This document shows positions 39,341 to 52,535 of a stretch of 64,000 nucleotides of DNA, in pieces. Where the stretch lies: assembly GCA_964016885.1 (NCBI GenBank), contig OZ024743.1:63612001-63676000 (forward strand). Reading direction: 5' to 3'. This DNA is from Eledone cirrhosa. Lineage: Eukaryota. The notes beneath the pieces were generated by a model. The model was not told the DNA's origin, did no database searches, and saw only the letters and a program-made list of their open reading frames with translations. Position 1 is the first letter of the stretch. The number at the start of each line of letters is the position of its first letter. A program made the translations under genes and the position numbers.

Positions 39341-40313
39341 CAATGTATTTCAGTTATAAATATGTTGCCCCCAGCTGCCCATACATTTCACATTTCAGAT
39401 ATTTGATTTACACAAATCTCAATGTTTCTACTGCATTTAGTATTATTTCCCTATCTGTCATCCTTCCTCCTTATTTTCCTCTAACCAGTGATAAAGTATT
39501 TATTGTGATAAGAATATGATAACTTCATTTGTTATTGGATATCTCCTTAGGGATCATGTGATAATACTCTTGCTATTTGATATCTCCCAAGAAATTTTGT
39601 AACAATGTATGTGTTAAGCTGTGTGCATATATCTTATTTATTCTATTATCAATAATTCAAGCATCTATCTAATATGTTCATTAAATGATGACTATATCTA
39701 TATAATGTGTAATTAGCTGTTATTTCTAAATATTTATTCAGCTTAGTTGTCCTATCAATTGCTTTTGTTATAGAGTTGTCACAATGGTTAAGAAATAGAA
39801 AGCAGGATGATTAGCAAATTTCTTGGTTCTATGTTCAAGTCATACTAGATCTTGATAAAATGTAAGACAGTATTTTACATGAATTGATTCTATTGACTAC
39901 ACTCCTCCTTTACAAAAAGAAAAGAAGCAGATCCTCAGATCAAAACAAAGAATCTGTGTTTCCATTGGTTTTTCCAATGATGATACTATCTGTTGATTGT
40001 AACTCCTGGCAGAAATGGGTGGAACTCAGAATGCAAAGAGCTAGAAGAGATACTGCAAAGCATCCTGGAAAATTGACCAGAACTCCAAGAGTATTATGCT
40101 TTTATGTTTACTTTTACATTTCACGTATAGACATAAGCATGGCTATGGTTATAGGCATAGCTGTGTGGTTAAAGAGTTCATCTCATAACCATGTAATTTG
40201 GGTTCAGTTGCACTACATGGCTCCTTGGGCATTATAGTATGGTATCACGTTAAGCCAAGCCCTGAGAGTGACATTTGATAATTTGATAGACAAAGACTGT
40301 ATAGAAACACATA

Positions 40314-40382
<69 letters not shown>

Positions 40383-40410
40383 TGTGTATGCATGTGGGTG
40401 TGTGTCTTTG
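40314..40410. repeat. (TG)n
   Basis: Directly visible. Confidence 0.97.
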
Positions 40411-41334
40411 TGTTTATGTTTATTGCTTATCTGCACCCCACCCCCTCCCCCTCCCCGTAACTTAGTGGTTTTACAAAATGAGATTGATAAAATAAGTATC
40501 AAACTTAGAAAAAAAAAGTACTGGAGTCGATATCATAGATTAAATCCCTTCAGTATGACCACTGTCTAATGACTGAAATTAGTAAAAGAAACAAAAAAAG
40601 AAAAGAAAAATATGTTCAATAAGAATTTAACTGGTATCAACAACTCAACCTTTCCAAGATGAACTACAAAATTACGAATATTTATTTCTCCAGTATTTTA
40701 TGTCTGCTATAAAACAATGGCCTATCCTAGCACAGTAATGAAATCAGATACTTTGCTGTAGTAGCTTACAAAAGAAAAGTATGATTGCTTTGCAAGGAAT
40801 TTATACGTTGGTCTCCTAGTCTGGTAGGTCTCTGGTCACTTTATCTTATAATAAATAAAATACAATGAATTTGAAATAAAAGCAGGAGAACGCTAAGGTG
40901 GCATTATTTATTTTATTTATACAAGAAAGTAGGTTGTGACTAAATCATCATCATCATATTTTAGAAATGAAAGATAAAGAATCTAGACTTTGAATTGTCA
41001 TTACAGTGTATGAGAAGAAATTTATCTCCCCATGGGAAGTGGTATAAGATAACAACCAGTATATAAATCTATTGAGAGGTCATACCAGCGTTTATTATTT
41101 ACAATTCTTACTTAGCACACAAACATAGTTGGAATGAGATTAAGAACAATGGAAGACAAAGAAGGAATGCTGCAGTAACAAAAGCAACAATGATGAAAGC
41201 ATTAAAAGCATTATTGTGACTCTGGGTTTAGAGTATTGGATTTCTCTTCTGTATATTGTGTATGGTCTAACATTTTATGTTCTTGAGAATCATGTTATTA
41301 TTGTTGATTTTAGTTCCAAGTCTTCCCTGACATT

Positions 41335-41590
41335 TAGTATTATGGTGTACAGGTGAGAGGGTCTTTTGTATTATGGTACAGGTGAGAGGGTCTTATGCAT
41401 CATGGTACAGGTGAGAGGGTCTTAGGTATTATAGTACAGGTAAGAGGGTCTTTGTATTATGCCCCAGATTCTAATCTGTCATCCACTTGTACTCCATAAT
41501 ACCCATAATACAAAAGAACTACTCACCTGTACACCTTAATATACCTTTCACCTGCACACCATAATACAAAAGACCCTCTCACCCGTACCC
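41335..41590. repeat. Fold-back minisatellite (~28-bp unit, direct then inverted copies)
   Basis: tattatggtacaggtgagagggtctt x4-5, then reverse-complement units from ~41495. Confidence 0.8.
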
Positions 41591-42109
41591 GTGGTTTGTG
41601 TTAGGAAAGGCATCCAACCATAGAAACCATACCAAATATGGAATGTATGAGCAGGACAGGTCACTCCGACCTGTCTGGTCTCGGACCATGGCAACCCAAA
41701 CAACACATGCCAGTGTGGAAACATATGTAAAATGATAATGATGATGATGATGATGATGATGATGTTGTTGTTTCAGGCAGTTTTGTATCAGAAAGGTTAA
41801 TAACCCTTTTACCACCTTTTACCAGAAAAGGCTTTTCTGCTCCTCCACCCTTGGTCAACTCTGATCAAATAGATTTATAATCAAACACTTTCCGGCCATG
41901 ACCATCCTGTCACTATCCTGTGATTTTATTATATGCTACATTGTTCTATATGTCCTTCTTTTATTACCATTCTGGTATCAATCTGTCTGGAACTGCTCTG
42001 GGTTCTACAATACAAAACCGTCATAATATGTGTGTTTATCTAAAAATCTTCCATCATAATTTTATGTAAGAACCTTTGTTAATTTATGTTCCAAACACCA
42101 GCTTAAATA

Positions 42110-42545
42110 ATCTTTTCTAACATAGACACAAGGCCAGCAATTTGGAACAAGGGGAAAGTCAGTACTTAACTACGGATATTATTTTATCAACCTCAGAAGA
42201 ATGAAAGGTAAAGTTGATCTCAGCAAGATTTCAACTTACAAAATAAAAAGCTGAAGCAAATACTGCTATGTATTTGTCCAACAATTTAACATTTCTACCA
42301 CCAATCCACTGTCATCACCAGCATAAATAATTATTTCTACCTTTTGGCACAAGGTCAGCAATTTGAAATGAAGGAGAAAGTTGATTAAATCGATCCCAGT
42401 GCATTACTGGTACTTTATTTCCCGTGAGGATGAAAGACAAAGCTAACCTCGATGGGATTTGAACTCAGAATGTAAAGAGCAGTAACTAACTGCTGCAAAA
42501 CATGTTATCTGATGCTCTACCGATACTACCAGTCTACTGCCCTCC
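42110..42545 (-). mobile_element. Two SINE family A copies inserted at one site of a TTAA MITE
   Basis: Target caccag(c/a)(t/a)taaataa occurs three times (~42096, 42316, 42546). Confidence 0.8.
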
Positions 42546-42909
42546 CACCAGAATAAATAACGAGAAAGTTAAATATTTAGCTAAATCCCTCCAAATTCTT
42601 GATTATTTGAAAATCATAAGCAGTGTCTTTCCTTGGAAATATGGTAACAGAAGGGTTAAGATAGTAGGGTGAAGGATATGGAGGTAAATGATGCAAAAAC
42701 TGTGAACATCCAATGGACTTAGTAATGGAGATATCCCATGATCCATTCTATACTGTCAGCCTGATTGCTTATTTTCAAAAGGACTACAGAGGTAGGTGTA
42801 GGTGGGAGGTGGTGTTGGATTTATGTTTGATGTGGCAGAACAACAATCTAGCAGTGTCCCTTGTCATAGAGAAGCAATTTATATTTCAAATGTTTTACTC
42901 TGTGTATGG

Positions 42910-43820
42910 AAATCTGTGTTTCTGTGTATGTACATATGTGTTTGTGTATGTACATGTGTGTCTGTATGTGTGTGTATGTGTATGTGTGTGTGTATGTACA
43001 TGTATATGTGTATGTGTGTGTGTATGTGTATGTACTTGTGTGTATGTGCATGTGTGTGTGTGTGTGTATGTGTGTACATGGGTGTGTGTATGTGCATGTG
43101 TGTGTATGTGTATGTACATGTGTGTGTGTATGTGCATGTGTGTGTATGTGTATGTACATGTGTGTGTATGTGCATGTCTGTGTATGTGCTTGTGTGTGGG
43201 TGTGTATGTGCATGTGTGTGTGTATGTGATTGTGTGTGTGTGTATGTGCATGTGTGTGTATGTGCTTGTGTGTGTGTATGTATGTGCATGTGTGTGTATG
43301 TGCTTGTGTGTGTGTGTATGTGCATGTGTGTGTGTATGTGTATGTAGATGTATGTGTATATGTGTATGTGTATGTGCATGTGTGTGTGTATAAGTGTGTG
43401 TTTGCATGGGAATGTGTCTGCCAATGTTTATATATGTGTATTGTGTGTGCGCATGCCTTTGTATATATACATGTTATTGTGTATATATGTGCGGACACAT
43501 GATGTGCATGTGTTTGTACATGTATGTATATTTGTGTGGGTGGGTGAGTGTGTATATATATGCAGATCTGTGTGTTCATGTGTGTATGTGTGTATATACA
43601 TCTGTGCATGGTATGCTTGTGTGTACATGTATGTCTACCTACTTCTTTGTATGTGTGTATGGTTGTGCCTCTGTGTGTACATGTGTATGTGTCTATATGT
43701 GTAAAGGTACATATGTGCATGTATCTATGTGTGTAAAGGTGCATATGGGTGTAAGGATGCATGTGTGTGTATGTGTCTATGTGTGTAAAGGTACATATGT
43801 GTGTGTGTATGTGTCTATGC
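42910..43820. repeat. Long degenerate (TG/TATG/CATG)n
   Basis: Directly visible. Confidence 0.95.
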
Positions 43821-44190
43821 CATGACCATGACCATTGACAACCTGCCAATCAATATCTATCTATTTCATACATGTATGAAAAATAAAATCAATTGCTTAA
43901 ATTTTCTTAATGAGATGTTTCTATCATGTATCAATGTATCAATGATTCAATGTGTAATTATCCCCCATTTGACTTGAGAAGAAAGGCATATGTACAAGTA
44001 TTAACCATAAGGTGGTACCACCATTTCAATTCACTGCTGAAAATTAAACTGCACTAACAACCTGTGATACGATTTCCTGCTGATCTATACAAGTCAATAA
44101 TGCCACTTTTGTGTATTGCTTCATTCAACCTGCTAGAAATAACAGCTAAATAATTCTTTCCTGACTATATTTCTAATAAAAGACACTGTC

Positions 44191-45248
44191 TTGCTCATTA
44201 TGTAGGAAAGGTGTAGGTAGGAACTCCATTCTCTGCCCCAAATGCAAACAATGGGTACACAAGAGATGTAGCGGGATCTCAGGATGCTTAATTAAGAATG
44301 TAGGCTTCACATGCAGCAGCTGTGCTGGGACAGCAAGCAGCAAACAGCCACAGGAAACAAGTACCACCAATCTCTGGGAGGGCTCTGTAGAAACAGTAGA
44401 CAGCTTCTGCTACCTAGGTGACCGAATTAGCAGCAGAGGTGGGTGTTCAGAAAGTACAATAACTAGGGTAAGAACAGGATGGAAGAAGTTCAGGGAACTA
44501 CTGCCACTGCTAGCTGCAAAAGGCTTCTCCCTCAAAATGAAAGGCAGACTGTATGATGCGTGTATCCAAACAGCAATGTTACATGGTAGTGAGACCTGGA
44601 CGCTGAAGGTGGAAGACTTATGTAGATTGGAAAGAAACGAAGCTTGCATGCTTACGCGAACGGCAAAGCATAAATGAATTGAGAGAGAGACTGAGCATAA
44701 GAGGAATCAAATGGTGTGTGCAGGAGGGGCGGTTGCGTTGGTATGGACATGTGATATGTATGAAGGATGACAGCTGCATAAAAAGGTGCAGAGCACTAGA
44801 AGTCAATGGAAACCGTGGAGTGGGGAGACCCAAGAAGACCTGGGATGAGGTGATAAAAGCCGACCTTACCCAATTACACCTCTCAAAGGCGATGACACAC
44901 GACCGTGACCTCTGGCGTCACGCAGTAATACAGAGTACCCGACCTCCCATGGGTACAAGCTGAAGCATATAGACAATATGCCCCCACACCCTCCCACTGC
45001 AAAGTGGTCGTGGAAGTGCCACAAAAAAAAGCACCCAGCCCACACTGTAAAGTGGACGTGTAGGCGCCACGGAAAAAGCACCCAGCACTCACTGTAAATG
45101 AGGTTGGTGTTAGGAAGGGCATCCAGTTGTAGAAATCAAGCCAAAATAAGTTCCTGTATGAGCAAGGCATGGTCAGCCAACCAGACACTGCCCACAACAG
45201 GACAACCCGTCTAACCCATGCTAGCATGGAAGAACGGACGTAAAACGG

Positions 45249-45280
<32 letters not shown>
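44191..45280 (+). mobile_element. 5'-truncated RTE LINE with 3'UTR and (GAT)n tail
   Basis: CSLCRKGVGRNSILCPKC...YLGD...RLRWYGHV...GRPKKTW; related to the 61-kb RTE. Confidence 0.92.
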
Positions 45281-45331
45281 TCTATGATATAAAGCATTGT
45301 TTCCCCTCAAACTACTAAAAATATAGCTAAA

Positions 45332-45695
45332 TACTCTCAGGTCCCGAATGATGGGGGGAGTGGGAATAAGCAAGGGTGGGGTGAAAAATCTGTAATTTTT
45401 CTAGGTTGTCTCCCTTGACCAGAATTAGTCATTAGTTTACATATTGAGATCCCAACCCATCCTATTTATTTTATAACGTATGAGATTTCTTGTAATCTTT
45501 TTTTGTCAGGTATAATGTATTTTAATGTTCAAAGAAAATTAATTGTTGCAGGAATGTTACCACTTAAAATAAAATGTTGCCAGAGACAGATTAGCAAAAT
45601 TTAATAAGTGGGTGGGGTAGAATAAGAGCCGGGGTGGGATGGACAAATCTGAAAAATTAATAAACGGGGTGGTGGGTATTCGAGACCCGAGAGTA
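45332..45695. mobile_element. TA-flanked MITE
   Basis: TIR tactctcaggtcccgaat / attcgagacccgagagta. Confidence 0.7.
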
Positions 45696-46195
45696 CTTAT
45701 GCAAATCATACTCTATTCTGTTAACATTTTCATTACTATATTTCTAACAAAAAAAAAAACATGGTCTATGATATAATGCATTGCTTTACTTAACTTGCTA
45801 GAAATAGCAGCTAAATTATTCTTCCTTACTACATTTCTAATAAAAAGCACTGTCTGTGATATGATACATTACTTCACTCAACCTGCTATGGCAGCGAAAT
45901 ACTTTGAAATTCAGCAAAATAGCAGTGAAATACTTCTGTAAATCATACTCTACTTTCTTTACTGTTTTGTTACCATATTTCTAATCTTATGATTTTCAAT
46001 TTCGAAAATAACCAAAAATTTTGACAGATTTAATAATATATCTAAGTTTCTCATTATTAAGACAAATTTTAACCCTTTCATTATCATATTTCTATTGAAA
46101 AATATTATCTGTGTTTTTCAAGTAATTTTTGAAAATTAACAAGCATTTGAAAGTATTTAGCAATATAATTATCTTTATCATTATTAAGTTGGTGT

Positions 46196-46505
46196 AGGTT
46201 AACTTTGCCTCGATAAAATAAAGTACCAGTAATACACTGGGTAATTGATGGCCTTCTGCCTAACGTAGAAACAATTATTAAGTAGGTGTAGGGCGGTGGA
46301 TTGGCAGTATCAATAGAGCATCGGACAACATGCTTCACTGCATAGAGTTACATCCCTTTACTTTCTGAGTTCAAATCATACCATGGTTTACTCTGCCTTT
46401 CATCCTTACAAAGTTGATAAATAAAGCCCCAGTAACACATTGGTGTTCATTTAATCGATTTTCCCTTCCCCAAAATTGCTGGCCTTATGCCTAAAGTAGA
46501 AACAA
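46196..46505 (+). mobile_element. Two SINE family A copies inserted at one site of a TTAA MITE
   Basis: 16-bp target attattaagt(t/a)ggtgt occurs three times (46180, 46274, 46505). Confidence 0.88.
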
Positions 46506-47074
46506 TTATTAAGTTGGTGTTTGGAGCATAATTTAACAAAGATTCTTACATAAAATTATAATGGAAGGCTTAAATATATATGTGAACACTTTAAAACATA
46601 CATTTCTTCTTTTTTTTTTTTGTCATAGAACCAGGGGTGATTTCAGGCTGGTTGATAACAAAAGCTTTTAGAAAGGAAAGATACATTGGATAATGTAGTC
46701 CTAGATAAACTATTATCATCATCATTGTCATTTTAATGTTTGCTTTCCCTGCGAGCAAGGAATGGATGGGTTTATGCAGACCAAGCACGTACTGAAGCAG
46801 AGCCACTGATCTCCTAGGAAAGCTAGGGACGTGTGCACTTGTGCGCTTATAGAAACTAATGACCTGATAATCATTATTTGAACACCATTGCTCATATATC
46901 TGCTGGATCATGGCTGAATGGTTGATAGCAGATTCTCTTGAGCATTGGACAAAATACCTTGCAGTATTTAGTTTTATGCTTCAGTTAGTTAATCTGTCTG
47001 AAGCCCAGAAACTCATCAGGATGGAGTTTATCCCAATTTCATTTGAGTATATATATATATATATATATATATAG

Positions 47075-48265
47075 TTGCAACACTTAATGTTGGCATTCTC
47101 AGAGGTAGATCTGCTGAAATAGCGGAGATGCTGGAGAGAAGGCATGTGGATGTGTGCTGCATGCAAGAGGTGAGATGGAAAGGTGCCTCTGCGAGACTAG
47201 TCGTAGGCAAACATCTTAGCTATAAGCTTTTTTGGGTAGGTAAGGATGATGGGTTAGGGGCAGTAGGCATTTTCCTGGCTGAGAGATGGATAAATAAGAC
47301 AATAGAGGTAGTTCAAGTTAGTAATCGAATAATTAAGATTAGATTAGTTGTAGGCAGAAGACTACTGACAATCATCTCTGCCTATGTTCCCCAAGCAGGC
47401 CTAGGCAAAGAAGAGAAAGACTGCTTTTACGAGCAACTTTTACAAACAACCGCAATGACAGAGGATGGAGACATCGTTATGCTAGCAGGGGACTTCAATG
47501 GTCATGTGGAACAGCTCCAGGATGGTTACACTGGGGTACATGGTGGGCACGGTTACGACTCAAGAAATGAAGAAGGAGTGAGACTTCTTGAATTTTGTGA
47601 TGCAAGTACACTGACTATTTGCAACACTAACTTCCAGAAACCTGCCAACCACCTAATAACCTACAAATAAGGTGAGCACATAAGCCAGATTGACTTCTTA
47701 CTAGTTAGGCAGCGGGTGAGGCAGATGGTGTCAAATACCAAGGCATACCCTGGGGGAGAATGTACCCCACAGCATAGGTTAGTCATTAGTGATATCTCAG
47801 TGATCAAGAGATGGAATGAGACATACAGGAAGGTGTGGAGAAGAAAGGTCTGGAAGCTAAAAGACCTTTCACTAAAATACAAATTTAGGAAAGCCCTTCA
47901 AGATGTGTATGACGAAAAAGAAGACGATTTAGAGATGTATGATATAGATAATAACTGGAATTTCTTACGTGACAACTTACTGCAGGCTACTGATGAAACT
48001 TGTGGCTGGAGCAGAGCTCCAACCAGACAGAGAGTGACCTGGTGGTTGAACAGCACAGTAGATAAGGCTATTAGAGACAAAAGACTAGCATGGAAGGCTT
48101 GGAAAAAGGGTGGGAGTAGAGAAGGATATACAGCCGCTAAGAAAGAAGCTAGACATCAGGTGTACTTAGCACGCAGGGAGGCTGAGAGTAGGAGGTTTGC
48201 CAATGTTCTGCAATGGGAAGATCAGAGGCGTGCGGTGTTCCACATTGCAAGGCAGTGTGTCAATG
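47075..48265 (+). mobile_element. RTE LINE 5' fragment (APE endonuclease pseudogene)
   Basis: TLNVG, CMQEVRW, SAYVPQ, GDFNGHV, QID, QHRLV; in-frame stop at ~47670. Confidence 0.92.
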
Positions 48266-48404
48266 CAAATCAATGTCAATGCAAATGTTGTTTCATTTGT
48301 AAGAAATCATAAGGATGATTTCTTATGAATGAAACAGTTCTAGTCCTGTAGAAGTCATTTCTATAATAAAATAAATATATATATATATATATATGTATAT
48401 ATCA

Positions 48405-48632
48405 CCACCATCATCATCATTATCATTTTACGTCCGCTTTTCCCTACTTGCAAGGGTGGGATGGGTCCTATTCAGCACAGCATCACTCCATTCGTCACGG
48501 TCCTTCGTCATCTCCTCCATGAGCTTCAACAATCTGAGATCAGCTCTCACCACCTCTGCCCATATTTTTCGTGGTCTTCCTCTACTATGTCTTCCTTCTA
48601 CTGGGATTTCTTAGCACTTCTTTACCCAGTGG
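48405..48632 (-). mobile_element. RTE 3' end fragment
   Basis: GRPRKIWAEVVRADLRLL; shares the cccacccttgcaag tail with SINE B. Confidence 0.8.
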
Positions 48633-48636
48633 TAAA

Positions 48637-48887
48637 TATCATCATCATCATCATCATCATTTCATTTTACGTCCGCTTTTTCCCTGCTTGCAAGGGTGGG
48701 ACGGGAACTGATTTTGGCTTGATTTCTACAGCTGGATGCCATTCCTAACACCAACCTCATTTACAGTGAGTGCTGGGTGCTTTTTTGCCGTGGCACCTCC
48801 ACGACCACTTTGCAGTGGAATGATAGGGACCCCAGTCTCCATCATCTCATTTCTACAGCTGAGTAAACTGGAGCAATGTGAAATAAA
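48637..48887 (-). mobile_element. SINE family B, 5'-truncated
   Basis: Matches 8406-8650. Confidence 0.88.
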
Positions 48888-48962
48888 TATATATATATAT
48901 TATATATAAGACTATATATCATATATATCATCATCATGATGAATGATGATGATATATATTAT

Positions 48963-49088
48963 ATATAAGAAAGTGTTGGCGCCCAACAGCTGAGCTCTTG
49001 CCATTTGAACAGCTAGTTCCAGACTCGTCTAGAGTTAGCTATTGAAACAGCAAGAGCTCAGCCATCAGGCCCTGGCTCTTTCTAATAT
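48963..49088. repeat. Imperfect ~125-bp palindrome (MITE-like)
   Basis: gctgagctcttgc / gcaagagctcagc arms around the centre agactcgtct. Confidence 0.7.
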
Positions 49089-49176
49089 AGACACACATTA
49101 CTATACCAAGTATCCAGTATTCTGTTGAGTATTGGTCTAACTAGTTTAAAACTGGTTTAATCCTGATATATATATA

Positions 49177-49850
49177 CAGGGTGTCCCCCAAAAAATTGAC
49201 ATCTTGTTTGACTGTGTTCAAGCATATTCTAACACACAAAATGTCTTTTCGTTTCTAGTGAACGTCATTCATCAACCTGAAAAAAAACAAAAAACATTTA
49301 ACATTAAACTTGATTAGTTTTTACACATTTTGTTAAACTTTCAGATCATTTGAGAGATAATTTGCTATGTTATTAGACTACGAAATGTTTTCCCACAGTT
49401 TTTTTCTCCCTCATGGACATGGCCACCAAGTAAATGACCTGTGACCTCACAGAGAAGGCAATAGATAAATTCTCCTGATGGTACAATTTATGGCACCATT
49501 CCTAGGAAGGAGATATTCTTGGGCCATCTGTTATCTATTGAAAATAACTAGCCGTCATTATAAATAGGATGTCCTGTGGTCCTAACACTCAGTCATCTGC
49601 CTCTTCTCTTAGGCAACTCAGTTCACAGCCACTTCACTTGTACAGCACAACCTCACTATACTAGAGTTTACTACTGCCTCTGCTGGTACATACTCTCTGA
49701 CTACAACTAGTCACTTTTTAAGGAAATATCCCACGGTAAACAAAGAGACTCTCGCACAACACAGAAGCCTTATTGAACACTATATTCATTTATGAACACT
49801 ATAATCAAACTTTATATTTATGAATCGAAGTAATCATATTTTTTTCCTTT
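49177..49850 (+). mobile_element. Degenerate Tc1/mariner left portion
   Basis: ta-cagggtgtcccccaaaaa resembles the TIR at 6006; right end not found. Confidence 0.4.
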
Positions 49851-49879
49851 TGCTGAGGTGAAATAAAGATATATATATA

Positions 49880-50140
49880 GTGTTGTTTCCTTGAGCAAGA
49901 CACTTTATTTCACATTGCTCCAGTTTACTCAGCTGTAGAAATGAGATGATAGGACTGGGGTCCCTATCATTCCACTGCAAAGTGGTCGTGGAGGTGCCAC
50001 GGCAAAAAAGCACCCAGCCCACACTGTAAATGAGGTTGGTGTTAGGAAGAGCATCCAGCTGTAGAAATCAAGCCAGAATCAGTTCCCGTCCCACCCTTGC
50101 AAGCAGGGAAAAGTGGACGTAAAATGATGATGATGATGAT
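49880..50140 (+). mobile_element. SINE family B, 5'-truncated
   Basis: Reverse complement of 8406-8670. Confidence 0.88.
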
Positions 50141-51022
50141 ATATACAACCAGAATTGTTGGTATTTGTTTGTTCAACATTTAATCCCCAATTCTTAAAAC
50201 TTCGCTCCCCATATATATATATTCCCATATCCATGCTAGCGTGGAAGATGGACGTTAAACGATGATGATGATGATATATATACATACATACTAAGTTAAG
50301 GTATCATAACATATATATGTATGATGTTTATGTTTCTCAGTAGAAAAGCTCAATGAACATTTGTCCAGAGCATCAAAATTTCAAATTACAAAATGTGAAT
50401 ATATTATAGAGACAGAAAGCTATATGGCTCTTTCTTTCCCTATATATACATATATCTTATAATTTGAATTATATATATATATTGTGGTACTACAGAATAG
50501 GTTCACTGTATCCCTACATGTTGGAGGAAGCAACTGAACAGGTTAGTTCCTGGAAGGACACCTGGTCATCAAATATAGCTTCAAGAAAGACCCATGATAA
50601 ACATGAAAAATTTCATGTGGTTCACAAAGCGAACTCCTGCTTTAACAGAGAACTTGAACTGAATATGCTTGCTGGTGTGTGTACTGTAAGTATTTCTCTG
50701 GGCTTAGGAGGCAAGGTAGATATGAGAAGATCTGTTTGAGGTCCCTGAAGGAAGACCTGCCAGACTTGTGACGGGGTATCTAGTAATGCAGGGTGGAGAT
50801 TTCTTGATGCCCAATGCTCCATAGGGAGCCAAAAGTAACTAAAGAAGAAAGAAAAAAAAGCTATCCCCTCATATCCTTTGCAAAAAAATTAGATAGATAT
50901 TGCTTCACAGACCCATGTGGCATACACTGGTTTGTAGACTACATTAATTGAACATAGAAAATATAGAGCAGAGAGACTCTCCCGTCTTGTCAAACATATG
51001 ACAACTTCTCTAGTGCTAGTGC

Positions 51023-51057
<35 letters not shown>

Positions 51058-51589
51058 ATTCTCTCATGTCCTTTGTAAAACACCAAATAAACTGTTGCTT
51101 CATGGACCTGGATGGTATAAAAATATGTTTGTCTACTAGACTTAAGTGCTAAACAAAAATACCTTGTGATATTTAGTTAAGTCAGTCTATTTATGTTCTG
51201 ATTTCAAATCGCACTGCGTTCAACTTTGCCTTTCATCTTACTGGAGTCAATAAAGTACTAGTTCATTATAACCACTTCAAAATTATTGATGATATGCCAA
51301 AGTATTTTTTTTAATCATTCTGTGGCCTCATGCCAATGTTTCAAACCATTATTATTGAGTACAAGTTAAAATAATGATTTCTTGCATTCTAGAATTTTGA
51401 TTTTCTGCTCACTGTTTCCTTTACACTGAGGGGAAAGAATGAATACCACAATATCCCATTTCCCTAAAAAAAAAAAAAAATCGGTCCAAACTAACCCTTT
51501 TGTTACCAACTCACCATGTACTGTACCATCCTTGGTTATTTGATGTAAAACTGTTTGATTTAATGTCTTCATACTTAAACCCCAACTAG

Positions 51590-51745
51590 AATCATCAATA
51601 CCACTGCTGCCACTGTAACAGCCACTACACCATTTCTGCTGCTGTTGCTACTAGCACCACCACCACCACTCATCATCGCTACCACCACCACAGCCATTGT
51701 CGCCATCACTGCCGCTGCCACCACCACCATCACTATCAACACCAT
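51590..51745. repeat. Degenerate (CAC/CAT/GCC) triplet repeat
   Basis: Directly visible. Confidence 0.85.
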
Positions 51746-52341
51746 TGTTCTTTGGTGCTATACAACAGTGCCTCTACACTACATCATTGCTGTACACTAC
51801 ATCAATGTAAATTAATCAATTCTGTTTTGCTGTGGGGGGTATGTTTGGTGGTGGTGGTGAGGTATAGTGTTACTGTAGTGGTTCATCTTTGTTGTGATGT
51901 AGGAAATGTGCAATATGTGTTGTGTTATGTTGTTTGGTGGTGTTTGTGTTTCATATGTGATGTGTGGGTGGTAGTTATGTACTTTGAGTACTGTTGAGAT
52001 ATATTTAGGCCCATAACTAATAGTGCTACTGCTAATGGGAAGTGTGTTCTTTAGATAGGTGGTGACTTTGTAGCCTTTGTGTTGCGTCAATCATCATGAA
52101 AAGGCCTTGAACTCTTGATGAAGATACAGGAGCACTGTTATAATACACAAGCATTTAAACCTCTCCATAAGGTTGATTGAATTTTGGGGTCAAAACCTAG
52201 CATTTGTATAATAAATCAAAATACATAAAATAATACAATAAAATACAACTTGCTAATACAGGTTTCTCATTTATATATATTTTGTCTTTATTGTCTATTT
52301 AGTTTACATTCTGTTTACTGATTTAGTTATTTACTTATTTA

Positions 52342-52535
52342 TTTTACAGGCAAAACCAACTGGCAGGAGACCCAGTGGTAGACCCTGAGCAGGATGGTTG
52401 GATAACATCCATGAGTTTGGCTGGTCTCGCTTGGGGATCCAGCTGGATCAGTTGGAGATGGTTGCTTCTGACAGGACCAGCTGGAAGGAGTGTTTGAGGA
52501 CTCTGCCTCCATGACCCTCTCAGGAATAAGTGTGC
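52342..52535 (+). mobile_element. RTE 3' end fragment
   Basis: Same family as 4925-5100 and 15790-15975. Confidence 0.8.

Noticed and set aside
42713-43849. Long Cys/Val- or His/Thr-rich ORFs (also at 3.8, 7.1, 9.0, 29.3, 55.7 and 60.5 kb)
   Set aside because: These are translations of TG/TA microsatellites that are open in many frames; not genes.
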